Assembly: GCA_039621445.1 (NCBI GenBank)
Contig: CP154954.1
Span: forward strand, 47,285,847-47,349,846
Length of the DNA stretch: 64,000 bases
Direction of reading: 5' to 3'
From: Euglena gracilis
Lineage: Eukaryota
Below the pieces are notes generated by a model. That model had not been told where the DNA came from. It ran no database searches and was given only the letters and a program-made list of their open reading frames with translations. Made by a program: the position numbers and the translations under genes. Positions 12,084-25,147 of this stretch are shown here, one piece after another (the stretch's first letter is position 1; each line of letters begins with the position of its first letter).

Positions 12084-15000
12084 CTACTCCAAGTCCGAAC
12101 CGGCCGCATAGCCGGCAACGGACTTTTGGTGGAATAGATGGAATTCAATGAGCGCACCGCCATTCGGGCCTCATTAAATTCCCCGTCCGAGGTCTCATCC
12201 CCCTCCCTGCCCGAAGCCGGGGTGTCCTCCTCCAAACAAGATATCTTGAAACCGACCTTTTGCCGGTTGGAGGAGTAACCACGGTCATCGCGGCGCTTAC
12301 CGCGATTTCCGTAGCCGGGCCGGGGGGAACGAGATCTGGGACATTTGGATGCGTGGTGATCTTTGGAACCGCAAAGTGAACAACGGGATTTGTGGCGGGA
12401 TTCCGCATAACGGGGGGAACGGTATTCCGTTTTTCCGTCAAACCGTCGTGGTGAACGGGTTTCCCGTCGACCATGACCGGTGTATCGGGACTTCCCCGTT
12501 GACTCGCGTGAAGAGGATGATCCACTTCGCGAACGAGATCGTGAAGAATCGCGATTGAAATCCCGTTTTCGTGCAGGAGGGCCAGGTGACCGACCGCGAG
12601 AAGGACGGGTTTCCCGACCATCACGCGATGGTGACTTGGGCCTACTACCGCTAAAGCGGTTCTCCGAAGACCGTGAAACTCCCGATTGACGTGAAAACGC
12701 CGAGGAACCCGATCCCCGTGAGGAGGTCGAGCCCCTTGGGCTTCCAATACGCTTTCGCGCATCGGGATTCGGGCATTCCCGAGACATGTGACCAGATTTG
12801 TTGCAAAAAAAGCACAGTTTATCCGTGCCCTGGTCCGAAGAACGCTGATTCCGCGTTTTCGGTCCCGTGGTGGGTGATCTTGGTGACATGGGTGATTTTT
12901 GCAACGCATTAACCGCACCCGCAGGGATTCCCGCGGTGGGATGCGTTTGGAAAGCGGACTGTATTTGTCCCAAAACTTGTGTGAGCTTGAGTTGCTTTGA
13001 CACATAATTCCAACGTTGGGCAAGAGTCATCTCATGCCCTGCCAACTCCTCGCGATGGATATCCTTCACGAGGGATGGTGTGAAATGCAACAAAACCGCA
13101 TCGAATTGTTCGCGCATTTGCTTCTCGCTAAGTTCATCAACTTCGGAAGCAAGTGCTAACCATTTGGCATACCAAAGGTCAATGGATTTCCATTTGCGAT
13201 CCGATGGCGCGCGTTGTCGCCACTTCTTCTCCAGGGTAATCCTGGTGACCAGACTTGAATTGGTTGAAGCGTATTGCTCAACCAGGTCATCGAATGATAC
13301 GCCATTACGTATCACCAAATTGCGTGCGCGTTCTCGCTCCTCCCTCGGTAGGCAATCGATGAATTCCATCTTGACTACCTCGGGATTCGGGTCTTGGGTG
13401 GGTCCCTTTAGTGCCCAATAGTACTCCCAGTCCCGAAAAAATTGTCTCCATGTGGTTGGATCCCCGTCCCATTGAGGCTTCACCTTGTTCGCGATTGCGA
13501 TGGTGCCCTTGAAGTCTCTCTGAGTAACCCGCTGACCCTCGGTGGTATTCCAGGGGTTTGGGTCAGGGTAATTCTTAACACCAAACGCGTTTCGCGGATT
13601 TTCCGCTCCATGTGTAACCCGTGCAGGATTTCCCGCACCAAGTGTAAGGTTGGCAGGATTTTCCTGCGGGAATTGCGAAAAATGTGGTGAAATCCTCTCA
13701 GTGGGGCGGGTTTCCCGCCGAAAACCCGATGGGTGGTCTGGCATTCCAGAACCCGTCGGTTGTTGGTATGATCGCGATTGCGACACATGACCAATACCAG
13801 GTGTGGGGTGTTGGCTCATTCCTCGCACAAGGTTGGAATGTTGAATTTCTTGGTGGAGACTCGAATTTTCGAGTGGGGGGTCAATTTCCTCATCGGAAAT
13901 GTCGTGCGAAGAGTGAGTTTGTGGTGTTGGCAAATGCAAAGGTGGTACAATTCGCGTTTTCGCGGGTGGTTGTACCAAATTCGCGGTGGATGTAGGGATT
14001 CCTACTCCGGAAAAGGTAATTTGAGAACGCGATTCCGGGACATTTGGAATACCAACCGCAGCGCTTACCGCGGTAGGTGGTGGCACAACCGGTACCGGAG
14101 GGTACATTTTATCCAAACTCGCGGACAAGTCATGCACCGTTTCTTCCAAATGTTCCACCAACTGGAGTTGGCCGCAAATACGGTCAACCTCAGTCTCCAA
14201 ATGCCTAATGCGTTTGCGGTAACGGGAAAAATCTTCCAAGTGTGGCAACTTTTCAGAAACCAAGTGTAATTCTTGGGCAAGATTTCCTTGGGACTCCTCC
14301 ACATTCCGGAGTTGACCCGCAAGCGCTTTTACCGCATTTGAGACGGTTTGCAATTGGTGGAGTGACTTGGTGGGGGTTTCCACGGTGGTGCGCGAATTTT
14401 CCGCGGTTGGTTTTTCCAACAACGCAGAAATTCGTCCATCCAACCGAGAAACCTCATCTTGCATGGATCGGGCATTCCGATTCACGCTTTCCTCAATTTG
14501 GAGCAAACTTGTACAAAATGCTTGCAAGGTTTCCTTGTTGTCACCAAGCACTTTGTCATAAAATGAGCGAAATTCCGGTGACTCGGATATCCGAGCACGC
14601 GAAATGGGGGGTAGTGAGCGGATTTCCGTCACTGTGGTGGACAACAAGGTGCAACGGGTTTGTAATTCCCCAATAGCGGCTTGAATACCACTAATGTCGG
14701 GAATTCGCTTGGAAAGTGCAGAAACATGCTCCTGCAAACCGACAACGGTGGCATTAATACCGCCAATGTCCGTTTGCATTTGTTGTTGCGTAAAATCCAA
14801 CCGTTGTGCGCAATCCGCGATTTTCGCGTTCAAGGTGGTTAATCCATCCTGATTTGCGGCACAATGGCAGGATTTTTGCTCCAAGTGTGAAATTCGTTCC
14901 TCCAAAAGCTGGATTTGCGTACGGGGAACAAAATTTTCTTGCACTTTCGCCTGAAATTGCTTCAAGTGCTCGATTTCCGAGCCAAGATGCAAAATCCGTT

Positions 15001-15976
15001 GTTGGGCTTCTTGGAAAGAAGTGGTAAGTGCGGCAAAATGCTCAACCGCGACAAAGTTACCGATTTCCGGCATTTTGGGGGTGGCATTTTGCGCTTGTAA
15101 CTGCTGCTGCAATTGCAGTAGCATGGTTGAACAGGATTCCAATTGGGCAAAAAGATGGCTCATACCATCCTGCACATGCAGAAACTTGGAATCATTCCGC
15201 GTTTCCGCTTCATGCAGCATTTCGCTGATTTGTTGGAAATTTTGTGGAAGTTGGATGCGCAAAATACTGTCAACACTTTCTCGAAAATGCTGAAGGTCTT
15301 TCCCCGCATTTTCAAAATTGTGTTGGCAATATTTGCCGATTTCCTGCAAATAATTCCAGCAACATTCCAGTTTGGTGTTGACAACCCTTTGATTGTCCTC
15401 ATCAAACTGCAAAACTTTGTTGAGCATGGTTGCGCATTCCGCAACGCATTGGTGGACATGCAAAATTTGCTTGCTAAGCGGGTGATCCGCTGGGAGTTGA
15501 CCGAGAATTCGGTAAACATCACCGGGGGTGAGGTTATCCCTCAAATCTTCCTCATAGTCCTCCACAATGGAAACGGCACCAGACACTTCCGCCCACCTCA
15601 GCCCCATCTCTGGGTTCCATGGCAATGCAGGGAAAACCGCAGCTTCCGCGGGTAATCCCGGCAAAGCGTGAAATGGTGTGGGGGGTGGTAATTGAGGGGG
15701 GGGTTGGAAAAAACACGGTGTTTCCACCGAGTTGCACTCCAAAAGGCCCACCGGTGCTTCCACCGGGGATCTTTTGGGTGTGAACAGAGCAAAGGGCAAA
15801 TACCCCTCACTTTGTTCATGGGTAACATGAGTAACCAAGTGTGAGGGTGCAAGGGGTTCATCCCCTCGCCGCATCAATGATGGGTGAATCGGGATGGAGG
15901 AAGGCATTTTGCCACCTACATCCCGCACAATCAATGACAATGATGATGAAGAGGGTTCATTACCCCCATGCAACAT
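12084..15976 (-). CDS. gag: Gag-like polyprotein of element A (~1,300 aa)
   Basis: Long coiled-coil-like N-terminal region, capsid-like PQWDGDPTTWRQFFRDWEYY, two CCHC knuckles (CFFCNKSGHMSREC, CSLCGSKDHHASKC) and an RS-rich region. A 1-nt deletion just before the conserved TAG (12084-12086) shifts the ORF-track end to 12029. Confidence 0.9.
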
Positions 15977-16402
15977 AAAGGCGTTTCGCCTTTTGACAAT
16001 GACAAATGAGTCAAATTGCCTTCTTCTTGCTTGGGGGGTCGGGAATTGGAACTTGTTTCATTCAAACCGTTCCAATCCCCGCAATCTTCATCACAATTGC
16101 TCAATGAACTCATCAACAAGTCATAATCAAATTTGGGGTTGGGGCTTGTGCTCTGCATCTTTTGAGATGGGTAAAAAGGCAAAAACCCAAAAATTCACAC
16201 AAATAAGCAGAGAAACAGGGACCAGAAAGGTTGTATCGGCGATTACCGAACAGAGCCTTCTGAGACCTGTATCCTTGCTTAAAGGTTGGCTAGGGGCCAG
16301 GAACAGTACTTTCACCGTGTTTCACGGCTCAGTACGATCCTCACCACCAGTCAACCACAGAGTTTCTCTGTGTGGAACGTCTGTGTAGGATCGTTGCCTA
16401 AA

Positions 16403-16412
16403 TCTGCTACCA
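16403..16412 (-). promoter_or_regulatory. Primer-binding site, initiator tRNA-Met type
   Basis: TGGTAGCAGA immediately 3' of the 5' LTR, complementary to the ...UCUGCUACCA 3' end of many eukaryotic initiator tRNAs. Confidence 0.8.
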
Positions 16413-16840
16413 AGTGTACGTCCAAAGCTTTCCCTTTTCCCCTTTTTGGAACTTTCTGTAAAAGCCTTTCGCTTTCGCCTTGGTGCGCAGCCTACTTATG
16501 GTAGGGAAAAGTCTTTGGAGTAACGAAAAGTGGTTTTCCCCTTTTCTTCCCAATTCCCCAAGAAGCAAAGCACAAAGCAAAGATTCAGAAGTTTCTTCTG
16601 AGATCAAAGTCGATTGTTCTGAGGGTTTTTCCCTCTGACAAAACCAATGGTGAAACTTGGAAGTGATGACAGTAAAGAATACCACCTGTGGGGGAAGGAG
16701 AGAAAAGTGCTGACGTGTCCAGGGGCAGATCCCAGAAGGGTCTGCCACGATCTTACCAGCTGTGGGTTTCCACAGTGGTGCGACCGTCACAGAACCCACT
16801 CTGCACATATCCTACAGAGCTGGGGCGTGCCTGGTACACA
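16413..16840 (-). repeat. 5' LTR of element A
   Basis: Begins TGTGTAC on the minus strand and ends GTACACT. Directly followed by the PBS. Confidence 0.96.
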
Positions 16841-17722
16841 CAGATTCAATCCGCGTATACCGCACACCCAACCGCTGGATTACCGGCTGGTTCGGTGAAC
16901 GCATTGCAAAAATCACCGGTTTCACCCGCTTCACCCACCACGGGATCGAAAACGCGATACCCGCGTTCTTCGGACCAAGCCACGGATAAAGTGTGCTTTT
17001 TGTGCAACAAATCCGGACATATGTCTCGGGAATGTCCTAATCCTGAAGCGCGTAAGCGTATTCAGAGTCCGCGAGGCTCGACGTCATCACGTGGTTCGGG
17101 TTCCTCCGCGTTTTCACGCCAATCGGGCAATTCAAGGTCGTCGGGTCCCCGTTCCGGTGGTATTAGCCCCCGGATCCCGTTCCGCGATGAGCGGAAACAC
17201 GGTACCCCTCGGGGTAGGTCACCCGGTGCCCCGGCCAAGAAGCGTGATTCTCATCGCGAGGCATCGCGATCGCGTTCGCGAAGCGGATCATCCTCTTCGC
17301 GATCCTCATCGGGAAAACCCCGATACACCGGTCATGGTCGACGGGATACCCGGTCACCACGACGGTTTGACGGGAAATCGGGAAACCGATCCCCCCATTA
17401 TCCAGATTCGCGACACAAATCTCGGTGTTCGCTTTGTGGATCGAGTGATCACCACTCATCCAAATGTCCGCGTTCTCGTTCTCCCCGCCCTGGCCAACGT
17501 CATCGCGGTATGAATCGCGGTGACAAGGGTCACTCCTCCAACCGCCATAAAGTCGGTTTCAAGATATCTTGTTTGGAGGATGACACCCCGGCTTCGGGCA
17601 GGGAGGGGGATGAGACCACGGATACCGATTTCGACGAGGCCCGCATGGCGGTGCGCACGTTGAAATCCGTTTACACCTCTAAAAGGCCCATAGCCGGCTA
17701 TTCGGCCGGTTCGGACCTGGAG

Positions 17723-17761
17723 TAGGGGAGCCCGAGGTCCGAGGGCACGGACCTCTGGGCT
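17723..17761 (+). promoter_or_regulatory. Putative gag-pol stop-codon readthrough signal (UAG plus stem-loop)
   Basis: TAG GGG AGCCC-GAGGTCCG-AGGGCA-CGGACCTC-T-GGGCT, with pol in frame. Identical on the minus strand at 12048-12086 and 30240-30278. Confidence 0.75.
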
Positions 17762-18265
17762 GATGAACAGATGGAGGTAGGACCTGATCAACCCTGCCCC
17801 CCCTGCCCATCTGCCTTCCTGGTCGGTACCCGGAAAATTTTCGGGTCCCCCACCCCCCACTCCAACTTTCCGCTCGGAATGTTGTGCAAAGTAGGAAAGG
17901 GTTCATGGGAAAGCTGGCAAGAAAACGTATTTTCGCCAGACCCTTCACTTTGCCTACCACCCATGGAACTTTTGGTCCAAGCGGAAATCAAAATGCAAAA
18001 TTTTTGTACAAAAGTCAAATTCTCATTGACACTGGTTGTCGCATTGCACTACTTTTTCGGTTTGGGTTGACGCCAACCCCCCTCTTGGTGAAAACCAAGA
18101 TGCCAATCAATACTACGACAGCTGACAACACCCCCATGTGTGGTGGTGACTTGGGATTTCGGGCATTGTCCTCCCCGTCATCCCAAACACCCACACAACC
18201 CCTCCAAACGCAAAATTTTCTGGATTCCTGGGGATTTGAATCCGGAATCCATGGTTCTGACGTAA

Positions 18266-18273
18266 TTTTTTTT

Positions 18274-18321
<48 letters not shown>

Positions 18322-18325
18322 TTTT

Positions 18326-18406
<81 letters not shown>
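18266..18406. repeat. ~140-nt poly-T tract
   Basis: Direct inspection. Absent from the minus-strand B copy. Confidence 0.95.
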
Positions 18407-18408
<2 letters not shown>

Positions 18409-19458
18409 GTCAGCACCGGCTGGTGGTGGAAGGCCACTCCCACGGTTTGCTCACATCACCCTCCTCCTCATTGCCCCCCAAACCCTCATCACCTGTGGCG
18501 TCAACCGCGATAGCCACCAATTTTTCCACACCGTTTTCGAAAACTTTTACCCCGTTACCAACCACACCAACCAACGTTTTCCACACCGGGTGTACCGAGA
18601 AAGTTCACCCCCTGCCCATTGACACACCAACTTCCGTTCCCCATGAGGCAGGGCAAGCGAGTAGCGGTACCCCCCTCGTTCCACTGGGTTACAAGACGAA
18701 AGCCCAAAGACCTGAAGTAATTACGGTGTCGAGTAGTCGTCCAGCTGCACTAATACCCCGTTTTCCACCAGATGTATCGCTTTCAGATACATCTGTACAC
18801 CCCCCAGCAGCTACAAAAGCGCATCCCAACTTTTACACACCCCCCCACCAGACCAACATGCGCGACCAGGACCACTACTCCGACACTTCCTTCCAATGTG
18901 TGCACTGTAGGAGAATTTCCGCCCAGCCAGATTTCGATTGTGGATGTTTAGTCCAAACACCAACACTAATCCCAATTTCGCGCACCCATACACTTGGTTG
19001 CGGATCGCAATGCGCGACCGTACATCAAGTCAAACCTGGGCAGGGCGCATGGCCAGTCAAACCTGACCACGCAAAAGGAAATCCTACTCTACAAAACCAA
19101 CTGCCGGCGACAGCATTTGACACGGGGGGAAAGTAGAGAGGCGTGGGTTGTTCGCTTAGGCCAGAAAAATGGTGCTGTCTGGCAGCCTTAAGGCCTCAAA
19201 CGGCCGAAAAGAAAAGAAAGGGAAAGGAAAAGAGGCCGTCGGCCCTGTGCGCTGCGTGTCGCACGCCCGCGAGAGGGGAGAGGGGTGTGCATGCATGCGC
19301 ACGGAATCCTGCACATGGCAGCATCCCGGTTGGAACTTACTAGCGGCGAATACCGCAAAGGACTTCAAAGGGGCTGTTCGGGCGAATACCCAAACAGGAT
19401 GTCAGGCGAATACCTGACGAGGGTGCTGAAAGACGCCGCATTGGCGCTGACAGACACC

Positions 19459-22400
19459 TTACCTGCCTTTATCGGCAGGACGTTCGCGGACCTCACGCCA
19501 GTAGTCGTGTTGGGGGTCCCCTAATGGGTCCTCAACCAACTCCAGTTGGCGTGGGGAACGCGGCGGAGCTGATTCACTCCGGATGGTGTTGAGCTCCGGA
19601 TCGTTGACATCAAAGGAAGGGGTCTCCCAGTCCTTGATCCAATTATCCGGCAGCTTCTCCCTGGTACGTTCAGCATGATGCTGAAGATACCGTCGGAGCT
19701 GCTCCCAGAAAATTCTGGGCAGCATCACCGGCCAGATGATGTAATTCATCCGGGGGTGATTCGCAGGCACCTGCGGGGGCATCCCCGGGGTCTGCTTGAA
19801 GTTGATGTCATACATCCACCTCGCTGTCCGAGCTCTTGCGGTATGGGGCCGTAATACAGCCGCCAACCAACCTCTGAAGTCCACCAAATCGTGTTCTTCA
19901 GGAGGCCACAGTGGTAAGGCGTATCCGCCATGTTGACGCTTGGAGAACAGGGGGTAAACCTGTGTCTCCCAGTCGCAATCAGTCCAGAGGTAAGGCATTC
20001 TTACCTTGGCATGTTCCTCAACGGCGAGGCGCATTGCCCCAGCGTCCATCTGGAACTCACGGGCCATTCCCGTGTGGCGGTAGCTTTCTACCTTTTTGAA
20101 GTCGGAGTGCTTCAGGCGTCCTTCCACCTGCTTGTACTCCTTCTTCCACTTCTCCAGTGTCTCCCAGTGCTGGGGGACAATGGTGGTGACTGCTCCATCA
20201 GCAGTCTGCACGAACGTGCCTCCTATACAGTTGATGCACAAGGCTGGGATATCCCTGTCGTGAGCATTCTCACTGTAGGAGTAGTTCAAGCTGTGCTTCC
20301 AGGCGTTCAGGCACTCGCCACATACGAGCGCCACACAGTTCGGCACATATGCCCTGTGATGGAACCACGAGGATTGCACCTGCCGCTTGCACACATGCAC
20401 AAGCGGTTGGTTATGCCGCACATGGTGGCATACGGTGCACGTCCAGGCAAAGGACGTGCCGTGCTGGAAATACAACACGCAGTCCTCGCCAAAGTACTGT
20501 GCCAGTACTCTGGGTGAGCGCCTGTTCCAGAATGTCCAGGTATGTTCCGGGGCATAGTGGAAAGGTTCTCCTCGGACGAAGAGGGGCTGAATCCATCGAT
20601 TCAGTGACCCTGTCTGGTGCCTAATAGCTGCCAGTTTCTTCGTCCTCTCTTCCACGGTGCCTAGTCTGGTCAGGATATCCTGGGTCCAGAGCTGGGCATC
20701 CGCAGACACAGGAGGTGAAGCAGGTTCATCCTGCTCCTCATCCGTCGATCCGGCGGAAGATTGGGCCTGTCGACCACGAGCCTTACCTTTCGGTTTGCTC
20801 TGGCCGTACCCGGACGATGCAACGGCCGAATAGTCGTGCATTGTCGTAGGGCCTTTCGGCTGTCCGCCAGTCTGACCTCCAGCGCCACCTTTCGGTGGTG
20901 GTTTCCCATCACCGCCTTTGGAAGGGGGCTTACAGGGTGCAGCACCCGGTTTGCCTCCTTTCGGCTTCGCACTCCCGGAATCAAGAGACGACGCCTGCGG
21001 CTTACTCCTGGTATCAGGAGCCGATGGTGCCGGAGAAGACGTTTGCCGTCTGGGCGAAGCGGGCATACTGACCGCTGGGTCGCGCATGACGCTCCGAGGG
21101 GTCGGCACTCGTTCCTGGGGTTGTTCAGCAGGCCGTCGCCGAGCAGGTTCATCCTGTCCGACGAGGCGTGGCACTGTGGTCGTCACCGGAATCGGTGCTT
21201 CCACAGGCGCTGGCACTCCCAGAAACTCTGCCATTGTCCTCGGGACGGCAGGGACCCTGCGCGGTGTCGGTGGTCGTGGGGGTATCTCCTCCATTTCCAT
21301 TTCGACATCCGGTCTAGGAAGTTGATCCTCCACAACCGCTGACGCAGGTGCTACGGGAGGTTGATCCTCCGGTGTAGCCGGTGCGACAGATGTCTCTGTT
21401 GGCTGGGGTTCATCCCCTGATGGTGGTTGCACTGCTGCCGGAGACGGGGGTGTGGGGACACCGACATCTGGTGTCTCCACGACCTCAGCGGCGGAGCTTG
21501 ACGCTACGCCTCCACCTCGTGGCGTTAGTGCAGCAGCCACGGCAGTAATGCCAGTGACCACGGCGCCGAGCACACGGCCTCCTAACGAGGTGCGTGCTGT
21601 GGGAGTGGCAGGTTCTTCGAGGATATCCTCGACGACCATACCAGTCACCTCGGCTGGAGGCTCAGCCGTTGGAACAGGCGTAGCATCCACAGGTATATCC
21701 CCTGCGGGTGCTGTGTCTGGCCTAGGCTGTGCCGGAGCATGCAGAGCAGCGTAGAGGATATCCTCCACGTTCTCACCTTCCTCCTCAGGAAGTTCCTGGT
21801 CTCCACCTACCGGTGGACAGACGTGAGCCGTCGCGGGGGCCGGGGAAACCGATCGTTCCCCTGCCGCTCGCGGGGCAGAGACGAATGATACAGCCGTTCC
21901 TGTCGGAGACGGCGGCGCTGCCTCCAGTATGGTGACGGAGGGGCTGCGGTCGCGTTCCTCCCGCCGCGGAATCGCAGTGGTGGAAGCGACTGACGCCTCA
22001 CGTCTCCTTCGCGCCAGAGGTTCATCCTCTGGGGCGATGAAGGCGCGCAGATCCTCGGGCGAACGAGGGTCGTCGGGGTGCCGCCAGCCTGTAAAAGGCC
22101 AGCGTACTGCTACTGGCGCTGTTGGGCCAGGGTGGCGGCCATGATGGCTGCACCCAGGCGATGGCAGGCCTGTTCGGGCCCAGGAAGCCGCGGTAACGCG
22201 TGTCCTCCCAGACCTCGAAAAAGCCCTCCTCGAACTCCTGAACGCATGCCAGAATCGGCATACGCTGGTCGAGGATGGCCTTCGGGTGAGACATCAGCGG
22301 AAGGAATACCTCCTGGTCGAGGGTACCGCCAAACTGTCGCCGCAAATGTTCCTCCAGGCTGATATCAGCCAGGTGCCAGTTGGGGCGCAGGTGGCCGAGA

Positions 22401-24952
22401 ATCCGACGACGAGGACCCTCGATGGCGTCACCGTATTCTGGTGGCAGGCTTTCCATACCAGGCATATCGTCCTGGGGGTCACGGAGATGTATATACACCT
22501 CCATGACATAGGTGGTCCAGGCTCGCCACCAGAACTGCTGCAGCATAAAAATACGCTGCTTGTGGACGCGGCGACTTTTGCCCTGGACATCCGGGGCGTC
22601 GCGGCACACATGCATAAGCATGCGGCGTCCCATCTCCAGGCCCGGGTTATCCCGAGGCGGTGGAGGACTTCCGCGCACGCCGAATCCCCAGAAGTCGACA
22701 GGAAATTCCTGCCGGCAGTACTTACAGCAGAGGTCATACCTCTGCGGGTAAGCCAGGGAAACACGCCTAACGCGGAAGGTGGAGCCGTAATGGCTCACCA
22801 GCCATTACGGCCTGAAGGTTGTTGCACCACAACACCTCGATTAGGCGTTCGATGTCGGGGTGTAGTGGGTAGAATTCCCACTGTACGCCGAGGGGTCCGA
22901 CTGTATGAATACAGTCGAAGATTGCCTTCAGCCTTCGGGCCAACACATGCTGGTCCCGAAATCCTAACTGGTGCAGGTAACTGCGGCCAGTGGAGTCGCT
23001 GAAGAGAGCCCAGCTCTGGCTGGGGTATCTCAGCCAAACCCAGAGTTCCCAGCACACCCGCTGGTCATCAAGCAAGGGTCTGCCCCCCTCACCTTCGAAG
23101 GCGTACAGGTCCATTCCGTACTGGAATTGTCTGACTCTGGTCTCGGTGTGGTGGAATACAACCTCGATGACTGCGTCCGGAGGGGTGACGGTGCGGTTTC
23201 CTCAAACATGGTAATCATGATGCATTCGCCCGCATTCGTCATCTAGCTCCTGCTTGAACATGAGCAATTTGCTCAAAGTCCGAGAGGACTTCTGCTGGTT
23301 CTTCCTCCTCCTCACGGGCTGTACCCTTACCCTTGCCCTCACCCTTACACGGCCTTTGCCTTCTCCCTTGCCTTTGCCCTCAGCCTTACCTTTGTCCTTC
23401 CCTGTCTGCGCGAATTACCAGAGGGTCGGGCGCTCGGTGCGGCAGGATTCGTTCGGTACCTTCCCTTCCATCTCTGGGGAGGGGACCTTGTCGTTCGCTG
23501 CACGTGGCGGGGACGGCGTGGCTGGGCGCTGGCTAGGAAGCATGGCTGGGCTTGGTTTCGGGCGTAGGGGGGGTCGCGGTCATTCCATACCGGAGGGATC
23601 GGCGGTGGCATTGCGGCAACAGGACGGCTCATCGCTGCCTGTGCCACTGCCGGTGGTTGCCCAGCCGGGGTATCCGGGCTGGCTTCCACCTGCATTGCCG
23701 CACCGCCTTCCGCGTCCCGTGGGCTGGGTCGCCTGGGCTGTGGGGTAAGGTTCTCCGTAACCCTATCGCGCTTCAGGGTGGCAGGTAATCCTGCCGCTCC
23801 TGCCGGGGGCTCACCGGGTAATACCGGGGTCGCCACCCGCAGCTGCGGTTGGTACGGATGGTAGGGGGTGTATCCACGACCCTGAAGGGCAGCCAGAGAG
23901 GCGTAATACCTCGTCCGGTGCTCTTCAGACACGAATACTGGCTCCTGCAGGAAGTGCTGAGCAAGCTCATCCTGCTCGGTTCCCGGAGGTGCCATATGAT
24001 AGTAGGGAGTCTCCTGCCGACGGGGGACATCCCCAGTCTGGACAGGGGCTGCACTCGGTGGTCGGGCTGCCTCCCGGTGGGGAGGCTCATCCTCCACCAC
24101 TATGGGCTCCGCCTGCCTCCGTGGCTCAACGCCAGGGAAAGGAGCGACCGGTGATGCTTGTGGCATCCAGTGCATGAACATGTGTTGGACGTAGGCCTCA
24201 GAGGGCACGTCCGACTGTCCGGCTGGGAGCACGCGTGCGCCGCGCGGGTAATCCGCGTGCGTCGCGTACCGCGAGACAAATTGCTCCGCTGGCGGCTCGC
24301 GCGGCGGCATTCGCTGCGGCGAGGGCGGGCGAGCAAAAATTCTCGTCATCCCAGGTGGGACATGCACAGCCTCACCTACCGGTGGGGGCGTGTGCTCACG
24401 CATATGCACGGTGTGGGATCCCACCGGCGTCTGCGTTTGCAGCATGGGCGGCACATACACGCCCAGGTCCATCATGGTCTCGCCGGGTTCGAAGCCGGAA
24501 TCGGCTGCGGACGAGAAATACCGTCTCCCTGTCATCAGGGCCTGACCACAAGGACACCACTGAGCCACAGGGGTGTTGGCTACCACCAACAACTGAGCAC
24601 AGTATGCATCCCAAAGGGCTTGCATAAAGGGCTCCGTTGGGGGGTGTGCGCACATACGCATCGCCCGCTCCAACGTCTCCGTAGTGCGGAAGATCATCTC
24701 TCCCGCATACGGGGGCAGGCGCGATCTGCGCTGCGCTGGTGGCTGAGGTGCCGGCTGCTGGACGGCAGATGGATCTGGTACCGCATATGCGGACCGGCTG
24801 CTGGTAGCCGCGGCGAATACCGGGGCTGAAACCCTCTCAGCATGTGGGGCACCCGGAATCGGGGCTTCAGCATACTGAGGGTACTGGGGGTATGGCGCGC
24901 CAGAAGGCTGCGGCCATGGTGGACCTGGTCCAGGTCCGCGCCCAGGTAGCAT
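19459..24952 (-). pseudogene. Extra ORF3 of family B, frameshifted
   Basis: Fragments 23345-24952, 22767-23114, 22022-22798 and 19459-21768 align in order with element A ORF3 (RLPPYAG, WELWxWLxYP, LAYPQRY, RSPRVLAQYFGE, YRHTGMAR, ANHPR). Confidence 0.85.
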
Positions 24953-25147
24953 GATGCTACCCGAACGACGACGACAACTAAGGGTAACCTTGTTGTCAGT
25001 CGCTTTGAGTGCGAGAGCACTGAAAAAGCAAGGCTTCTATCTTAATCAAAACTCTGCGAGAAAGATAGAGAAATAATGAAGTGCAGGGGGGGGTATAAAC
25101 GCGAAACATTCACATAAAACACACGCATTCTCCAAAACGAAATCGTT

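Larger units (their letters stand above)
30..16840 (-). mobile_element. Full-length giant Ty3/gypsy chromodomain LTR retrotransposon (element A, 16.8 kb)
   Basis: Direct-repeat LTRs at 30-456 and 16413-16840. 5-bp TSD CAGAT at 25-29 and 16841-16845. PBS and PPT present. Domain order gag, PR, RT, RH, IN, chromodomain, then an extra ORF. Confidence 0.96.
16841..19030 (+). mobile_element. Family B fragment (gag 3' half, readthrough signal, protease, spacer)
   Basis: Near-identical reverse complement of 29085-31160. Gag TAG at 17723-17725. Protease disrupted by indels and a poly-T tract. Confidence 0.93.

Noticed and set aside
16688-16840. N-terminus of the 345-aa ORF 16688-17725
   Set aside because: Chance fusion of antisense LTR sequence to the interrupted B gag.
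17723-17725. Genome-wide UAG reassignment
   Set aside because: Host exons and the long pol ORF contain no internal TAG, and the GST gene appears to end in TAG.
17760-17840. Hammerhead ribozyme (CTGATGA core after the gag stop)
   Set aside because: A CAGATGG/CCATCTG stem follows, but there is no GAAA directly after it and no stem I/III with an NUH site. The bases are also coding (ADEQ).
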